Shown here: piece after piece, positions 16,219 through 30,303 of the stretch
How positions within the stretch are numbered: the stretch's first letter is position 1
How the letters are laid out: the number at the start of each line of letters is the position of its first letter
Assembly (NCBI RefSeq): GCF_009914755.1
Contig: NC_060941.1
From: the human T2T-CHM13v2.0 reference genome, Homo sapiens
DNA length: 64,000 nt
Reading direction: 5' to 3' (one strand)
The notes under the pieces: generated by a model
The model's input: only the letters and a program-made list of their open reading frames with translations
Database searches by the model: none
What the model was told of the DNA's origin: nothing
Made by a program: the position numbers and the translations under genes

Positions 16219-16380
16219 AAAGAGAATCTCATAGTATTCCGAAGGCTGCAAATAGTTCATTGTGACTTGGAATGAACACTGGAAGGTAGAATACATGGTA
16301 TGTGTGACTGGCAGGTCATACAGGGGCCAAATCACAGGGACATGCCTAGTGAGAGGTCTGGATTTTATTGGGAAAGCAAA
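15320..16380 (-). mobile_element. L2 remnant split by the purine repeat
   Basis: gaggtgacattcaac...ggatgagcaatagatt before and gggccaaatcacaggg...ggattttatt after the tract. Confidence 0.55.
15559..16226 (+). repeat. Polypurine (GA/GAAA/GGAA) compound microsatellite, 668 nt
   Basis: Only one pyrimidine seen (T at 15845). Confidence 0.98.
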
Positions 16381-17289
16381 GGGAATTCCCATGATATTTG
16401 CTAATGGATCCAAGTTCCCAGACACTTTCTACCTGCTTTGCAAGGTGATCTCCTCTGACCAGGCCACATTCTCTCACCCCAGGAACCGCAAACACATTGT
16501 CCCTGCAGACCACCAAAGAGCAGGATTGAAAACAGTATCAGGAAAGGGAGAAGCCATGTGTAACATTACCTTAATTTAACATTCTTCCTCTCTTTCTTGT
16601 TTTTTTTTTTTTTTTAAATCAATTGGTGATTCATAGGCACTATATTTCCCCCTCAATCCATTCGCAAGAGAAGTGTTATAATAACATGTCAGGGAGGTGT
16701 GGATAAGCGGCATCATGGAGCCTGGTTTATAATGCAGTTTGTTAACAGATGCTAACGTCCCGATTATGCATTCCAGCATCATTTATACCCAGCTCCATGG
16801 CACGGTAAGGCTCGTCACATCATAATTCTCCAAAGCAGTTGCTATTAATCACTCATTCATTATTAAAACACATTGTATTCATTCCGCTTGGCAACTGGAG
16901 CAGGGCAGGCTCTATTTATCCAGAGCAATAATCTTCAGACTTTGTCAACCTCAGCCCAGAAGAGCGTCCGGCCCTCCAGGATGGCTGAGAGCTTTGAAGA
17001 GACACCTCAATGCAGAAGGGAACACAGGACTCACAGAAGACATGGATCTCATCCAAAGGGCCATCCATCCCTGAGAGGGCTGAGGGCTCCCAGGAACCAA
17101 GACCATCTGTCCCCTGGTTGTCTCCTCCTACTGCGTCTCCCTTCAACTTGAAATCTCTTCCCTTTAAGTGAATTCTGCTGGGCTTTCTTCTGTTCCCAGG
17201 TATCTCAATATCACCTGGGGAACCAGAGCTACTCCCCACTTCCTGGGCTCATATCCAAACTTACTTGATCATAGGAAGCCATGGAGTTT

Positions 17290-17525
17290 TGTAGTGAAAT
17301 ATAAGGGCTATGGGGACAAATCCCTTGCCTTCTAGCACTCATTGTGTGATGTTGAATAAATAATTTAACTTCTTTGTCCCTCAGTTTTATCAGCTGTAAA
17401 AGGGGGTTGATAATAATAGAACCTACTTCATAGAGTTTCTGTTAGGATAAAATGAGTTAATTCTGACAAAAGTCCTTATAAAATGCCTGAAATATAATTC
17501 ACATCAGCTCTTGTTACTACTTATT
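17290..17525 (+). mobile_element. MIR
   Basis: ctcagttttatcagctgtaaaaggggg...aatagaacctacttcatag...ggataaaatgagttaat. Confidence 0.85.
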
Positions 17526-18382
17526 AAAACCATCCTAGCATTTCCTAAATGTTCCCCCGCCCAGCTGTTTATAAGCATGGGCATGGAGATCTATTCCTCG
17601 ACTCTGTAAATGGCTGTTGAGCATCCCAAATGTATCCGGTATTGTTTTAAGTACCAGAGACACATACATATACAAGGCTCAGTCCCTCCTTCAAGGGGCC
17701 CACCCACTAGTAATGTAGTGTTGCCAAAACAGTACTCAGACCTTTAGAGATCTGGAAGCCCCTCTGTTTTTCCCCAAAAGTCTGTATTTGGTTACGCTTT
17801 CCAGTTCACACAGTACTTTTTCTGCTTACCACTTCGTCAAGTGCTTACCTGAAGGTAACAAACACACGGCTCAACTCTCAACGTCAAGTGAGTACCCAGG
17901 GTCACTGAGGGTTCCCACGCTTTTAATGAAATATGCCAGCCTAAGAATGTACAGAGGATAATTTAATGATTTAATAATATATTTTATTTAAAAGATTTTA
18001 AAGGCCTGTGAATCTCTCCTTTTGCACCATCCAGTAGGAACCACCAATCTCAAATCCGGTGTTTATGATTTCCATGATTATTTTTGTTAACATTTATTAT
18101 ACAAGTGTATGCCTATAAACAATATGTAAGTCTCCGTACGTGTTTTCAAACTTTATATAGATGATACCACATTGTATATATCCTGTCGCTTGCTTTTTCT
18201 AAGGAATGCATTTTATTACGGAAAAATTCAAACGTCTGCAAGTAAACAGAATAGTCTAATCAACTCCTATGTATCACCTGGCTCCAACAATTGTCGACAT
18301 TCAGCCATTCTTGATTTACCTATGCCATCACCATACCCTACCTCCCATCAATCAATAATTATAGCTTACAGTTCTACTTTTA

Positions 18383-18841
<459 letters not shown>

Positions 18842-19540
18842 TCATATCTACAGAAAATTTCCTCCTTTGCTGAAACTCCTCTTCCCCTCCTGCCACCTCA
18901 CACCCCAGAAAACCATCATTTTGGCCTTCTCACCTCAGATTACATTTTCCCATTCTATAACCTCATATAAATAGAATCATATGGCATATAGCCTTTTGTG
19001 TTCCTTTTGGGAGAGGGGGTTCAGCACTGTCTCTGAGATTTACCCATGTTATTCCATGTATCAATAGATGCTTACTTTCTACTGCTAAGTAGTATCACAC
19101 TGCAGGAATATAGCACAATTTTGTATTCATTTTCCCATTCATGAGTATTGGGGCTGTTTCCAGTTCTTGGTAATTGTGAATAAAGTTGCTATAAACATTT
19201 TCATACGGTACTTTTTGTAGGTATTTGTTTGCATTTCTCTTGGATTAAGGAGTGTTCCTCTTAACGGTTTAAGAAATTACCAAAGTGGTTGTGCTATTTT
19301 ACATTTTCTCCAGTAATGGACAGGCATTTCATTTGCTCTACATACTCCCCAACCATTGTTGTGAGCTGATATTTCATTGTTCAAGACTTTTGCTTACTTT
19401 TATTAAATTGTCATTTTATTGTTGAGTTGAAAGAGTTCTTTACACATTCTGAATAGCAGTCTTCTGTCAGAAATATGCTTTGAAAATATTTTCTTAAGTC
19501 TATTTATTTTCTATAACAATGATATATTTTGTTGATCAGA

Positions 19541-19867
19541 GTTTTTGTTTCTTTTGATTTTTTGCAGGGGAGTGGGAGGGGGGACAGTCTCATTTAGTCA
19601 CCCAGGTTGAAATGCCGTGGCACTATCATGCCTCAACGTAGCCTCAATCTCCCAGGCTTGAGCCACGCTCCCACCTCAGCCTCCCAAGTAGCTGGGACCA
19701 CAGGCATGTGCCACAATGCCTGGCCAATTTTTTATTTATTTTTATATTTGCAGAGATGGGGTCTCATTATGTTGCCCAGGCTGGTCTCAAATTCCTGTGC
19801 TCAAACAATCCTCTTGCTTCAGCCTCCCAAAGTGCTGGAATTACAGGCATGAGCCACCATGCCTGGC
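19541..19867 (-). mobile_element. AluJ
   Basis: Reverse Alu with J-type ctcattatgttgcccagg and ctgtgctcaaacaatcctc. Confidence 0.9.
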
Positions 19868-22039
19868 TTGTTTCAATTTTTATGAAGTCTAATTTATCAT
19901 TTATTTTTTATTTTATTTCAGAGTTTTCAGAGTTTTGTCTTAACATTTTTCGTTATCCTGTAAACATATTTCCCTGTTTTTTTCAATAAGCCTTATAATT
20001 TTAGCTTCTATATTTAGAACAGTCATCTCTAATTAAATGTGGTGTGTGTGGTGTGAGGTCAGAGATTGGGCTCACTTTTTTTTTGCACAGATATCCTGTT
20101 GTTTCAGCACAATTTGTTGAAAATACTTTCCTTTTTCCTTTGAGTGACTTGCTGTTTTTGTCAAAAATTAATTCACCATAAACATGTGTATCTATTTATG
20201 TATTCTCTGGTCTGCTGCAGTGATTGATGTGTCTATCTTTATGCCAATATCTAACTGTCTTAATTACTGTAGCTTTATATTCATATGTCTTGAAGTCAAG
20301 TAGTTTGAGTTCTTCAGCTTTCTTTTTCAAGATTGTTTAGGCTATTCTAGGTCATATGCATTTCCATATAAATTCTAGAATTGTTTTATCTATTTCTATT
20401 TTTAAAAAGCCTTATGGAGTTTTGATTTGAATCATGTCGAGCTATGGATCGCTGTGGGAAGGTTTGACATCCTAACAATATTGAATTTTCCAACCCACAA
20501 ATATAGTATATCTCTTCATTTATTTATGTCCTCTTTAACTTTTCTCAGCAATATTTTGTAGTTTTCAATATAGAGGATTTACATATCTTTTGTTAAATTT
20601 ATCAAGCATTTTACATTTTTATAAAATTGTGAATAAAATTTTAATTTTATTTTCTATTGCTTTCTGCCAATATATAGAAATACAACTGATTTTCCGTATG
20701 TATCTTATAGTCTGAGATATTGTTAAGTTTATGTAAATCGTTCTAGGAGTTTTCTTTGTTCATTCCTCAGGCTTTTCTTATAAAATTGAATACTATCTGT
20801 GAGTTTGAATTAATTAAATAAAACTTTTGTTTATAGAAACAAATTCTTCCTTTTGAGTCTTTATGCTTTTAGTTTTCCTCGCATTATTGAACAAGCTAGA
20901 GCCTTCATACAATATTGAATAGAAGATTCAGCATTCTGGCCTTTTTTTTCTGATCTTAGGGGAAAAGCATTCAGGGCTTCCCCATCAAGAATTAACAATA
21001 GACTCTTGCACATGCTCTCTATCAGAATTGGGATTCTAGTTTGTTAGAGGATGGCTATTCCAATTTGCTGAGAATTACTGTCATTAATGAGTGCTGGATA
21101 TTGTTAAATGCCTTTTCTCCATCTATTAAGATGATCATATATGTTTTTAACTTTAATATATTAATTAACCAGATTACATTGATTAATTTTTAAATGTTGA
21201 ACCAAACTTGTATTCCTGAGATAAAATTTAATTGGTTATAATATTCTTTTTATATATTTCTGAAAAATATTTTGCTACAGATTCTTGCATCTATGTTAAT
21301 GAAGAATATTTTCTTCCCTTTTAATGTCTTTGTCATGGTTTGATATCAAAAATCAATTCATAAAATGGGTTAAGATGTTAAAACATGTATTTTCCTCCTC
21401 TATTTTCTGGAAGAGGTTGTAAAAGATGGTACTACTTCCTCCCTGAATGTTTGCTAGAATTCACCTGTGAAGGCACTGGAACCAAGAGTTTATTTGTTGA
21501 AATGTTTTGATTTAAAAATTCAATTTTTTTCATGGGTATAGTTATTCAGAATTTCTATATCATCTTGTGTTAGTTTTAGTTTCATGGGCAGTTGGTCAGT
21601 TGACTCAAGGCGTTTGCTCATTTCATCTGAATTGTAGCATTTTCTTGCATGATTTTTTAAATAGTATTTTCTTTTTATCCTTTTAACATCTGTAGGATTT
21701 ATAATGATATTCATTTCTTAATTCATGTTATTATACTATAGATAACTTGTGTTTTTCCTGTTTTTGTTTTTTGGTCTAGCTAGAAGTTTATCAAATGTAT
21801 TAATCTTTCCAAAAGCAATTTCTGGATTTCTTGGTTTTCTATTTTTAATTTTTAAAAATTTCTGCTGTTATCTTTATTATTTCCTTTCATCTACCTTTTT
21901 TTTTTTTTGCTTGTTTTTATTTTTGGTCTTTATTGGCAGAAACTTAGATCATTAATTTATACCTTTCTTCCTAATATAAACATTCAAACTTAACATTTGT
22001 TTCCTCTAAGCACTGAATTAGCTTCATCCCTTGCTTGTT

Positions 22040-24730
22040 TGGATACTAGTTAATAATTACAAAAAATAATGACAGTTATTAAAAAAATAAAAAGGACACT
22101 AAAATATTCTTTGTACAGATTCACCTCTGTTAATATTTCTTGACATTTCAAGTTCTCTCTTGCTCGTTCTTACTATGTATATGTGTGGGTGTATTTTCTG
22201 AAACATCTGAAGGTGATTTATATATATTGTAGACATTTATCACTAAATAATTCAATGTGTTTCCCAAGAGTAGGAGTACTTTCTTACATAACCACTGCAA
22301 TTATTAAATTCATACATTTACATTTATGTTATACTTCAATCTAGTATACCATCCATATTGTAATTTTGTCATTTAACCTAAAAATGCCTCTTATAATGTC
22401 TTTTTCTCCTGTAGCACAGGATCCTATCTAGTTGTCAAGTTTCTTTAGCCTTAAATAGTCTCGAATGTTTCCACAGTCTTTCCTTATCTTTTATGACAAT
22501 AACATTTTTGAAAAATACAGCCCTACTACCATTTAATAGAAAGTTATTCATTTTGGGTTGTCTAATGTTTCCTTGTGATTAGGTTCAGGTCACACACTAT
22601 CTTAGGATATCACAATTGGAGATACACAATGTCCATCTTCCCTCATTGGTGATGTTAATTTGATCATTTGTTCAAGGTGTTGCCAATTTTTTGAAAATAT
22701 AGTTATTGATATTTCTCTTTTAACTGACAGTCAGTATATGAAGTATCTTTCTCTCATCAAAATACCCCTCCCTAGATTCAGTATCCATTGATTATTTTTA
22801 CCCATTTTTACTACGATGATCACAAAATGATGATTTCCAAGCTCCAGCACTCCTTCCATATTGATTAGTTGGCCCTCAGCATTCTAATGCCAGGAAGAAA
22901 CCTCCCCTCTCCTGTATGTCTGCATGTATGTATGTATGCACCTATTTATCAATCATATCTATCTATCCATCTATCTAATCTATATACTCAATAAATGTGT
23001 CTACCTACCTAATGAATCTAATATGGATATTGATTCATGCATTTCTATTTTTCCATGATTTATCATTCATTACTATCCTTAATCATTTTGGCGTTCAAAT
23101 TTTTAGAAATTTGGTCAGTGAGAACTCCTTAAAGCTAGTTCCTGTGTCCCTGTGACATCCTCCCACCATGTTTTAAAGCACTTTCTTATTTTCCTACATA
23201 GTGAGATATTCCAGGTTCATCTTTTACCCCAGTTCCAGCCCTGGAATATGAAAAGTCCTAGTTTCTTTAATTGAGAAATGGTAGTAGAGACAAAATTATG
23301 GGTGCTATTTATACTTATTATTCCAGGAGTATATTTGCTTCTTGGCTCTTTAGCAAACAGAGCTAAGAAATACATGCATGGACATATATATGTACATGCA
23401 TATTTACATAAATATACATATGCGCAAACCTAGATATGCATACATGCAGGTGCATACATATATGTTCACTTAAACATATATACACACATATATGTACATA
23501 TTTAGAGATATCTCCAGTTCCAATCCATCCTCAGGATTATTTTGTGACTTCTCCTGTCCCATAGTATGTTTGTATACCTTCTTTCACAATGAGAACTTTG
23601 ACCCTCGGTATCATTTACACATCTACTCTTTTGGCTTGGCACAGTGGCTCACAGCTGTAATCCCAGCACTTTGGGAGGCCAAGGCAGGCAGATCACTTGA
23701 GTCCTGGAGTTTCAGACCAGCCTGGAAAACATGGCAAAACCCCATCTCAACTAAAAATAAAAAAATAAAAAATTAGCTAGGGGTGGTGGTGATCGCCTAT
23801 AGTCCCAGCTACTTGGGTTGCTGAGGGAAGAAGATCACCTAAGCCTGGGAGGTGGAGGCTGCAATAAGCTGTGATCACGCCACTGTACCCCAGCATGAGT
23901 GACAGAGTAAGATCCTGTCTCAAACAGAACAAAGCAAAACAAAACCATTTACTCTTTTGTTCAGTTCTACAGTATCTTAAAGTACATTCAGAATTGCTTC
24001 ACTCAAACACTATGATAGGCAAACCTACTAAAAGGAGTTTATCAATTATTTTCAATTCTCCCCCACCACAAGTCCAATCTGACCAAAACTAAAGGTAGTC
24101 ACAAGTTGTGTTCATAAGGTACTCAAAATAGTTTGTTCTTTATTCCCTTCCAGCTAGTTATGGTATTAATTTGAAATATAATTAGGTTCATTTGTCAGTT
24201 TGCTTTCAGTTTTAGGGTTCTCTCCTTTACATTTTTCGGCTTTAATTTAATTTGGGGGTTATACTGACATTTTATTATTAGCATGCATCCGAAAGTCAAA
24301 TATTTGAAAATACGTAATTAGAAAAGTGTCACTCTTTCTCATACTTTTCCATCCCACCTCGCCTCACACTTTGTAGGTATCCAATTTCACTATTTTCCAG
24401 TTATCCTTCTTATGTTCTTTATGTAATGATAAGCAGATATGTGGATATTTCCTTACTTACCCTTTTTCTTACACATGCTCATTTGTATCTCGCTTTTTTT
24501 TACTTATAAACATCTCTTTGAAATCATTTTGTATCAGTTCACAAGGATCTTCCTTACTTATTTTCAACAACTACATAATACTCCATTGAGTGACTGTGCC
24601 ATAGTTTATTCAACAAAACTGCTCTGCTGAAACTTTCTGGAAGTTCCAATTTTTTGAAATCTCAAATATTGCCACAATAAATATCCTGTTCATGCATTTT
24701 TTTATATAGTTGTAGGTGCTCCTAGATGTG
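22040..24730 (-). mobile_element. L1MC/MD-type 3'UTR sequence inserted in the older L1M, itself containing an AluJ
   Basis: L1MC-like motifs (gtactttcttacataacc, tattccaggttcatcttt, ttccaatccatcctcagg); host L1 resumes near 24735. Confidence 0.65.
23633..23945 (+). mobile_element. AluJ
   Basis: Full dimer; TSD catctactctttt (23620-23632) / catttactctttt (23946-23958). Confidence 0.92.
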
Positions 24731-24734
24731 GCTC

Positions 24735-25600
24735 TCACAAATTGTGATATGATAAATTGTCTTTATCATTTAGATTGAAATATTTTATAATTTTTCCTTG
24801 TGATTTCTTATTTGAACTATAGTTTATAAATGTATAGTTTAATTTCAAAATATTTACTTTTATTGGTTTCAAATGTAATTATGCCACTGTCATATAACTT
24901 ACCCTATTACCCTATAAGATTTCAAACTTTTGAAGTTTACTATGACTTGTTTATGATATTTACGTTATATGGTGTATCGTGGTGAACACTCCTCGTACAT
25001 TTGAAAACATTTTGCAGTTATTGGGTTTAGTGTTCTATAAGTGCCAATTAGGTCCAAGCAGTTTACTGTGTCATTCATATATTTCATATCATTGTTGATT
25101 CTTTGTGTAACTGTTTTATCAATGACTAAGAAGAGTGTTAAAATCAACTCTAATAGCAGATATGTCTATTTTGATTTTAGTTCTGTTATTTTTTTCTTCG
25201 TTATATTTTGAAACTCTGTTAAGTGCATATCCATTTATAATTGTTATGTCTTCCTCACTTATTGACCCTTATATGTTAAAATATGCTATTTTTCTTATCC
25301 ATAATACTCTTTATCTTGAAATTTATTTTGTCTAATGTTATTTTACCCCCTATATCTTGGTTATGGTTAGTGGTGTTTGCATGGAATATCTTATCTTTTT
25401 ACTTTCAACATATTTTGTCTATTTTCTTTTTTTATTTGTTGATTTATTTTATTTTATTTTATTTTTTATTTTATTTTATTATTATTATACTTTAAGTTTT
25501 AGGGTATTTTGTCTATTTTCAACCTATGTGTTAACCTATTAAAGTGGATTTCTTGTGAGCAACATGTAGTTAGTTGCGTCTTTTCTTATCTTTTCTGGCA
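24735..25600 (-). mobile_element. Continuation of old L1M (ORF2 endonuclease region)
   Basis: ORF 24965-25147 (QRINNDMKYMN...LDLIGTYRTLNP) aligns with L1 [13 protein letters not shown]...[12 protein letters not shown]. Confidence 0.8.
25427..25506 (-). mobile_element. Extremely 5'-truncated young L1PA insertion
   Basis: ttattattatactttaagttttagggta plus T-rich tail between perfect 16-bp repeats tattttgtctattttc (25411-25426, 25505-25520). Confidence 0.88.
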
Positions 25601-26339
25601 ACTTCTGTAACTTATTATTTTGTTTTCTGTTTAACTCTTTGTTTTTTGAGGATTATGCATGTAGACGATACGTATAGCTCTAGTTCATTTATTGTCATTG
25701 CTCTGTAAAATACTATGGCAGGAATATACCAAAATCTAGTTTTCCATTCTGCTTCTGGGCTGCCACTTGGGTTGTTTATGATTTTTCATATGTACAAACA
25801 ATGCCAAAAGTATACAGTCCTGTGCATGTCTTCTACGTACATGTATGTTCCAAGACAAAGGTAAGTGTACAATTCCTAGATCTTAGAATATGAGAATCAT
25901 CTGTCTTTACCATATAAGCATTCACTGATATGGGTAAAAAAAAAATGCAGTTTTGCCAGTTTATACTTTCATCAAGCGTAAATGAGAATTTCTCTTGATC
26001 GATATCCTTTCCAACACTTGGTAACGTTACACACACCCAAACACATGCCCACCACATGTGCTATCTGACAGCTTTTAAACGGAGTCTCACTGTTATATAA
26101 ACCTGCATCTTTTCATGTGTATATTGGCCATTAAGCCTTCCTCATTGAGGACTTGCTCATTCATATACTCTACTCTCATTTTTTAAGCTGAAAAATAAAA
26201 ATTTGGAGGCATGATTTTCCCAAGATCACACAGCAGTCATGGATTAGACATGAGTCCAGGTATTGTAACACTGAAAATAAGTTTTTCTCTCTCTTTATCT
26301 ATCTATCGTGATACTGTATAGATTTTATGACTAGGTATA

Positions 26340-26415
26340 TGCGTGTGTGTGTGTGTTTGTGTGTGTGTGAGAGAGAAAGAGAGAGAGAGAGATGAGATGA
26401 GATGAGATGAGATAG
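26340..26415. repeat. (TG)n-(GA)n-(GATGA)n compound microsatellite
   Basis: Directly visible. Confidence 0.9.
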
Positions 26416-27332
26416 TATGGGATAGTATTTCTAAAATTCGTATTTTGGCTTGAGGTTTTCAGATCCAGTTCTAATAAATAGAACATCCAAGACAAATCAC
26501 CTCTGATGTACCCCTTCCCTCCAATCTTTTTCCCAAGTAAAATAAAAATAAAGTGAAAGAAAATCAAGAACAACCTTAAGGAGATGCTCTGAGAAGAGAG
26601 TCCCCAGTCTTGCCTATCTTATAGGGTGGGCTTATGGGCTGAACAAACAAACGTGGGCATCAAGTCAGCCCCAGCAACCACTTTTTTCTCTCTTTCTGGA
26701 ATACTTTCTAAGGTATTGCCCAGATTAGGATAGGGAGCCAGGGCGCTGGCCTAATTCCTATCCAGGAACAACTCTGGGAAGGCTGCCTTCTGTGACTGCC
26801 CTAGGAAACCTAGCTCTTCCTCGCCCTCTCTCTGCCCCTGGCTCTCCCAGCCTCTCTGCTGCCGCTGCCTCAGGATTGATCATTAGCCTGGGATTAGCAG
26901 CTGTGCCAGCAGCAGGCGGGACAAAGCCCTGCTGCCCTGGGCTGTAGCTGCAGAGGGCTGGCTGGGGAGGGAGGGCTCAGCTGCCCAAGTGCCAGGCATA
27001 TGTCAAATCCAATTTGGGAGAGGATCTTGTTAAGCCTTCGTATTAGATGACATCCTCCTTAAAAAAAATCATCGGTTAGGAAGGCTTTGCAATGTCTACC
27101 AAGCACCCATGCTGAGGTCAGATAGTGTTTCCTGTCAAGAATAGATTCTTTATATCCCATCGGTCCCTGGGTTCAAGGGGATTTGATTAGTCAGATATGG
27201 CTTACCTATAAGCCTTGCTGGCCCTAATCAGTCTCTGCCTTTCAAAAGCTTTGTGACTCATTTTTTGTGATCATATCGTCCAGCATCTTCACTAGTAAAG
27301 GGCACAGGGCTCTTTTCATTCCCGTCCTGTTA

Positions 27333-27753
<421 letters not shown>

Positions 27754-28529
27754 CAGGCACCAAAAATGATAAAACAGATTCTGGGTCTGTGGCAAAACAG
27801 TACTTTTATACATGGCTTGTGACAGCATAAATTGTCCTAACCCTTTTGAAAAGATATGTTACAGTAGGTGTCAAAATTCAAAAGTATATGCACTCTGACA
27901 TTCTACTTACGGAGTTTTCCCATTAGGATAGTGTAACTAAAATTTATTGCCTATCTATTCTGAGCTAGGCACGTTATTCTGCTGCTAATTCTGCAAGTCA
28001 AGCCTTTGACACTTATTGTTTTTGATGAGGAAATTAGAACAATGGCTAAGTGACTTACCTGATATGGCACCATTATTATAAGGGAGAATCTGCATTCAAA
28101 TGCAGTCTGATTCCAATCCCGTTTCTTCTCCTACAAAACACTGCTTTGGGAGAAGGATTTCTATGTATGAACATCTTCACTGCGGCATTATTTATGATAG
28201 CAAAAGCTGAGAAAAACAAGTGGCTCATAATAGAAGAATGTTCTAGTAAATTATGAGAATTTAACCCAATGGATTATTTTTCCATCTTATAAATTTTAGT
28301 GATTATTTAGTGATTTTGGGAAAAGCATATCATATATATTAAGTCAAGATAATAGAATACAAAATTATTTCTATATAATGATTATAACTATATTAAAATG
28401 CATAGCCATATGGAAAAAATTCTCATGGGAACTTGGAATATAAAAGACTTTTTTTTAAGGTATTAGTAACTAAAAGTGATTTCCCAAAATAGTCATTGTT
28501 ACAAAGTTGTATTTGAAGAAAGACACTAG

Positions 28530-28785
28530 TCTTAGTGGAAAGAATAATATATTCAGAATAGAAGAGACCAAAATCTGAATGCTATCTCTTCCACAGTCTA
28601 AATTTATGAAACTGAGCAACTTCCCTATAATCTCTGAGCCTCAGTCTTTTTCATTTGTAAAACAGTGATAATATTTACCTCATAGGATCACAGTGCAAGT
28701 TAAATACATTAGAGTACCAACAAATACTGAACTCATCATAATAAATTCAATAACAAAAAAAGACATCCCTGATAAATGTATTAGC
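28530..28785 (+). mobile_element. MIR
   Basis: tctctgagcctcagtcttttt catttgtaaaa core. Confidence 0.8.
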
Positions 28786-29707
28786 TAACAAACTAAATAC
28801 AAATGATGATCCTTCTCAAGCTTCCACCACCTCCAAAGTTTTCTGCAGATTTTCAGGCGCAAGACAGGCCAAAAAAAAAAAAAAAAGGAAAACTTCAGCC
28901 CACACACATAAGCATGTGTATCACAGGGCAGCCAAGGGAGATGGCTAAGTACAAGAAACTCACTCTTTGACCACATAATTCTTAGCTGAAACCAGCCACA
29001 GATCAAATGCTTCACCAACACGGAATGCCTTATGTATTAATCCCTAGGCTCTGCAGTGAAGCCAGCATGTGAAACCAACCCTTCCCTGGTCCTCTGGGCA
29101 TTTACAAGATAAGGCCTTGTTACAGGCTGGGTAGTGATGCTCCCTGAAGCCTCTTAGGATGAACGTTCTCACTCCATAAGACATTGTAAGCTCGTGTCTG
29201 TGGGATGTTGTGGGATGATTTCTCTAGCTTCAATATTGCTAAGAGTACAGGACACACTCAATAGGATGAGACCTATTAATGTTACTTCATGGTCTTATGG
29301 CTGAGCAGCTGTACTCTCTAGGCTTGGGTTGCGTCAATCATGTCCCTATTTCCCAAATCAAGAGTAGGGTCAAGTAGATTGGGGAGTGAGAAAGAGTGGA
29401 AGGCATCAGACATGAAACACATTCATCAGGGGCTAAGCAAGCACTGATGGGTTTCAAGTAACCAACAGTATTTTGATCACAGTATCTTGACTGTGGAATC
29501 TTCATCTGGGCTCTGTGCAACAAACCCCAAGTGACCAGTGAATGATGACCCTTTGGCTGGAGTGAGTAGACTGCAACCCCAAGGAGAGGAGCTCTTTGCT
29601 TCCAGACATTGCCCGAAGAGAGGGGCGAAGGAAGCTGGAGGAGTGGGGTGGAGAGAGAATATTATTGAGATTACTAAGTGTCAAGTATGTGTCAAGAATA
29701 AAATGAG

Positions 29708-29990
29708 TCATGCCTGTAATCCTAGAACTTTGGGAGGTGAAAGCAGGAGGATTGCTTGAGCTCAAGGGTTTGAGATCAGGCTGGGCAACATAGCAAGACC
29801 TTGTCTCTACTAGAAATCAAAAAGTTAGTTGGGCATGGTGGTGCACACCTGTAGTCCCAGTTTCTTAGGAGGCTGAGGTGGGAGGACAACTTGAGCCCAG
29901 GAAATCATGGTTGCAGTGAGCTATGATTGCACTACTGCACTACAGCCTATGGCAACAGAACAAAACTCTGTCTTAAGGAAAAAAAAAAAA
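29708..29990 (+). mobile_element. AluJ, slightly 5'-truncated
   Basis: ggaggattgcttgagctc, gagctatgattgc J diagnostics. Confidence 0.92.
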
Positions 29991-30008
29991 GGAAGAAGAG
30001 GAAAATTA

Positions 30009-30303
30009 AGCCAGGCGTGGTGACTCATGCCTATAATCTCAACACTTTAGGCGGCCAAGGCAGGAGGATCGCTTGAGCTCAGGAGTTCAAGCACAGCTTG
30101 AACAACAAAGTGAGACCTTGTCTGTACAAAAAAAAAAAATTGCCGGGTGCAGTGGTGTGCACCTACAGTCGCAGTTACTTGGGAGACTGAGGCAGGAGAA
30201 TCACTTGAGCCCAGGAGTTTGAGGCTGCAGTGAGCTATGATTGGGCCACTGCCCTTCAGCCTAGGCAACAGAGACCATTTCTCTGAAAAAATAAAAATAC
30301 AAA
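30009..30303 (+). mobile_element. AluJ, in tandem with previous Alu
   Basis: ggaggatcgcttgagctcagg, gaggctgcagtgagctatgatt. Confidence 0.92.

Noticed and set aside
15514-16425. Long ORFs of 303, 226 and 143 aa (Phe/Ser/Leu- or Lys/Glu/Arg-rich)
   Set aside because: Translations of the polypurine microsatellite, which cannot contain stop codons.
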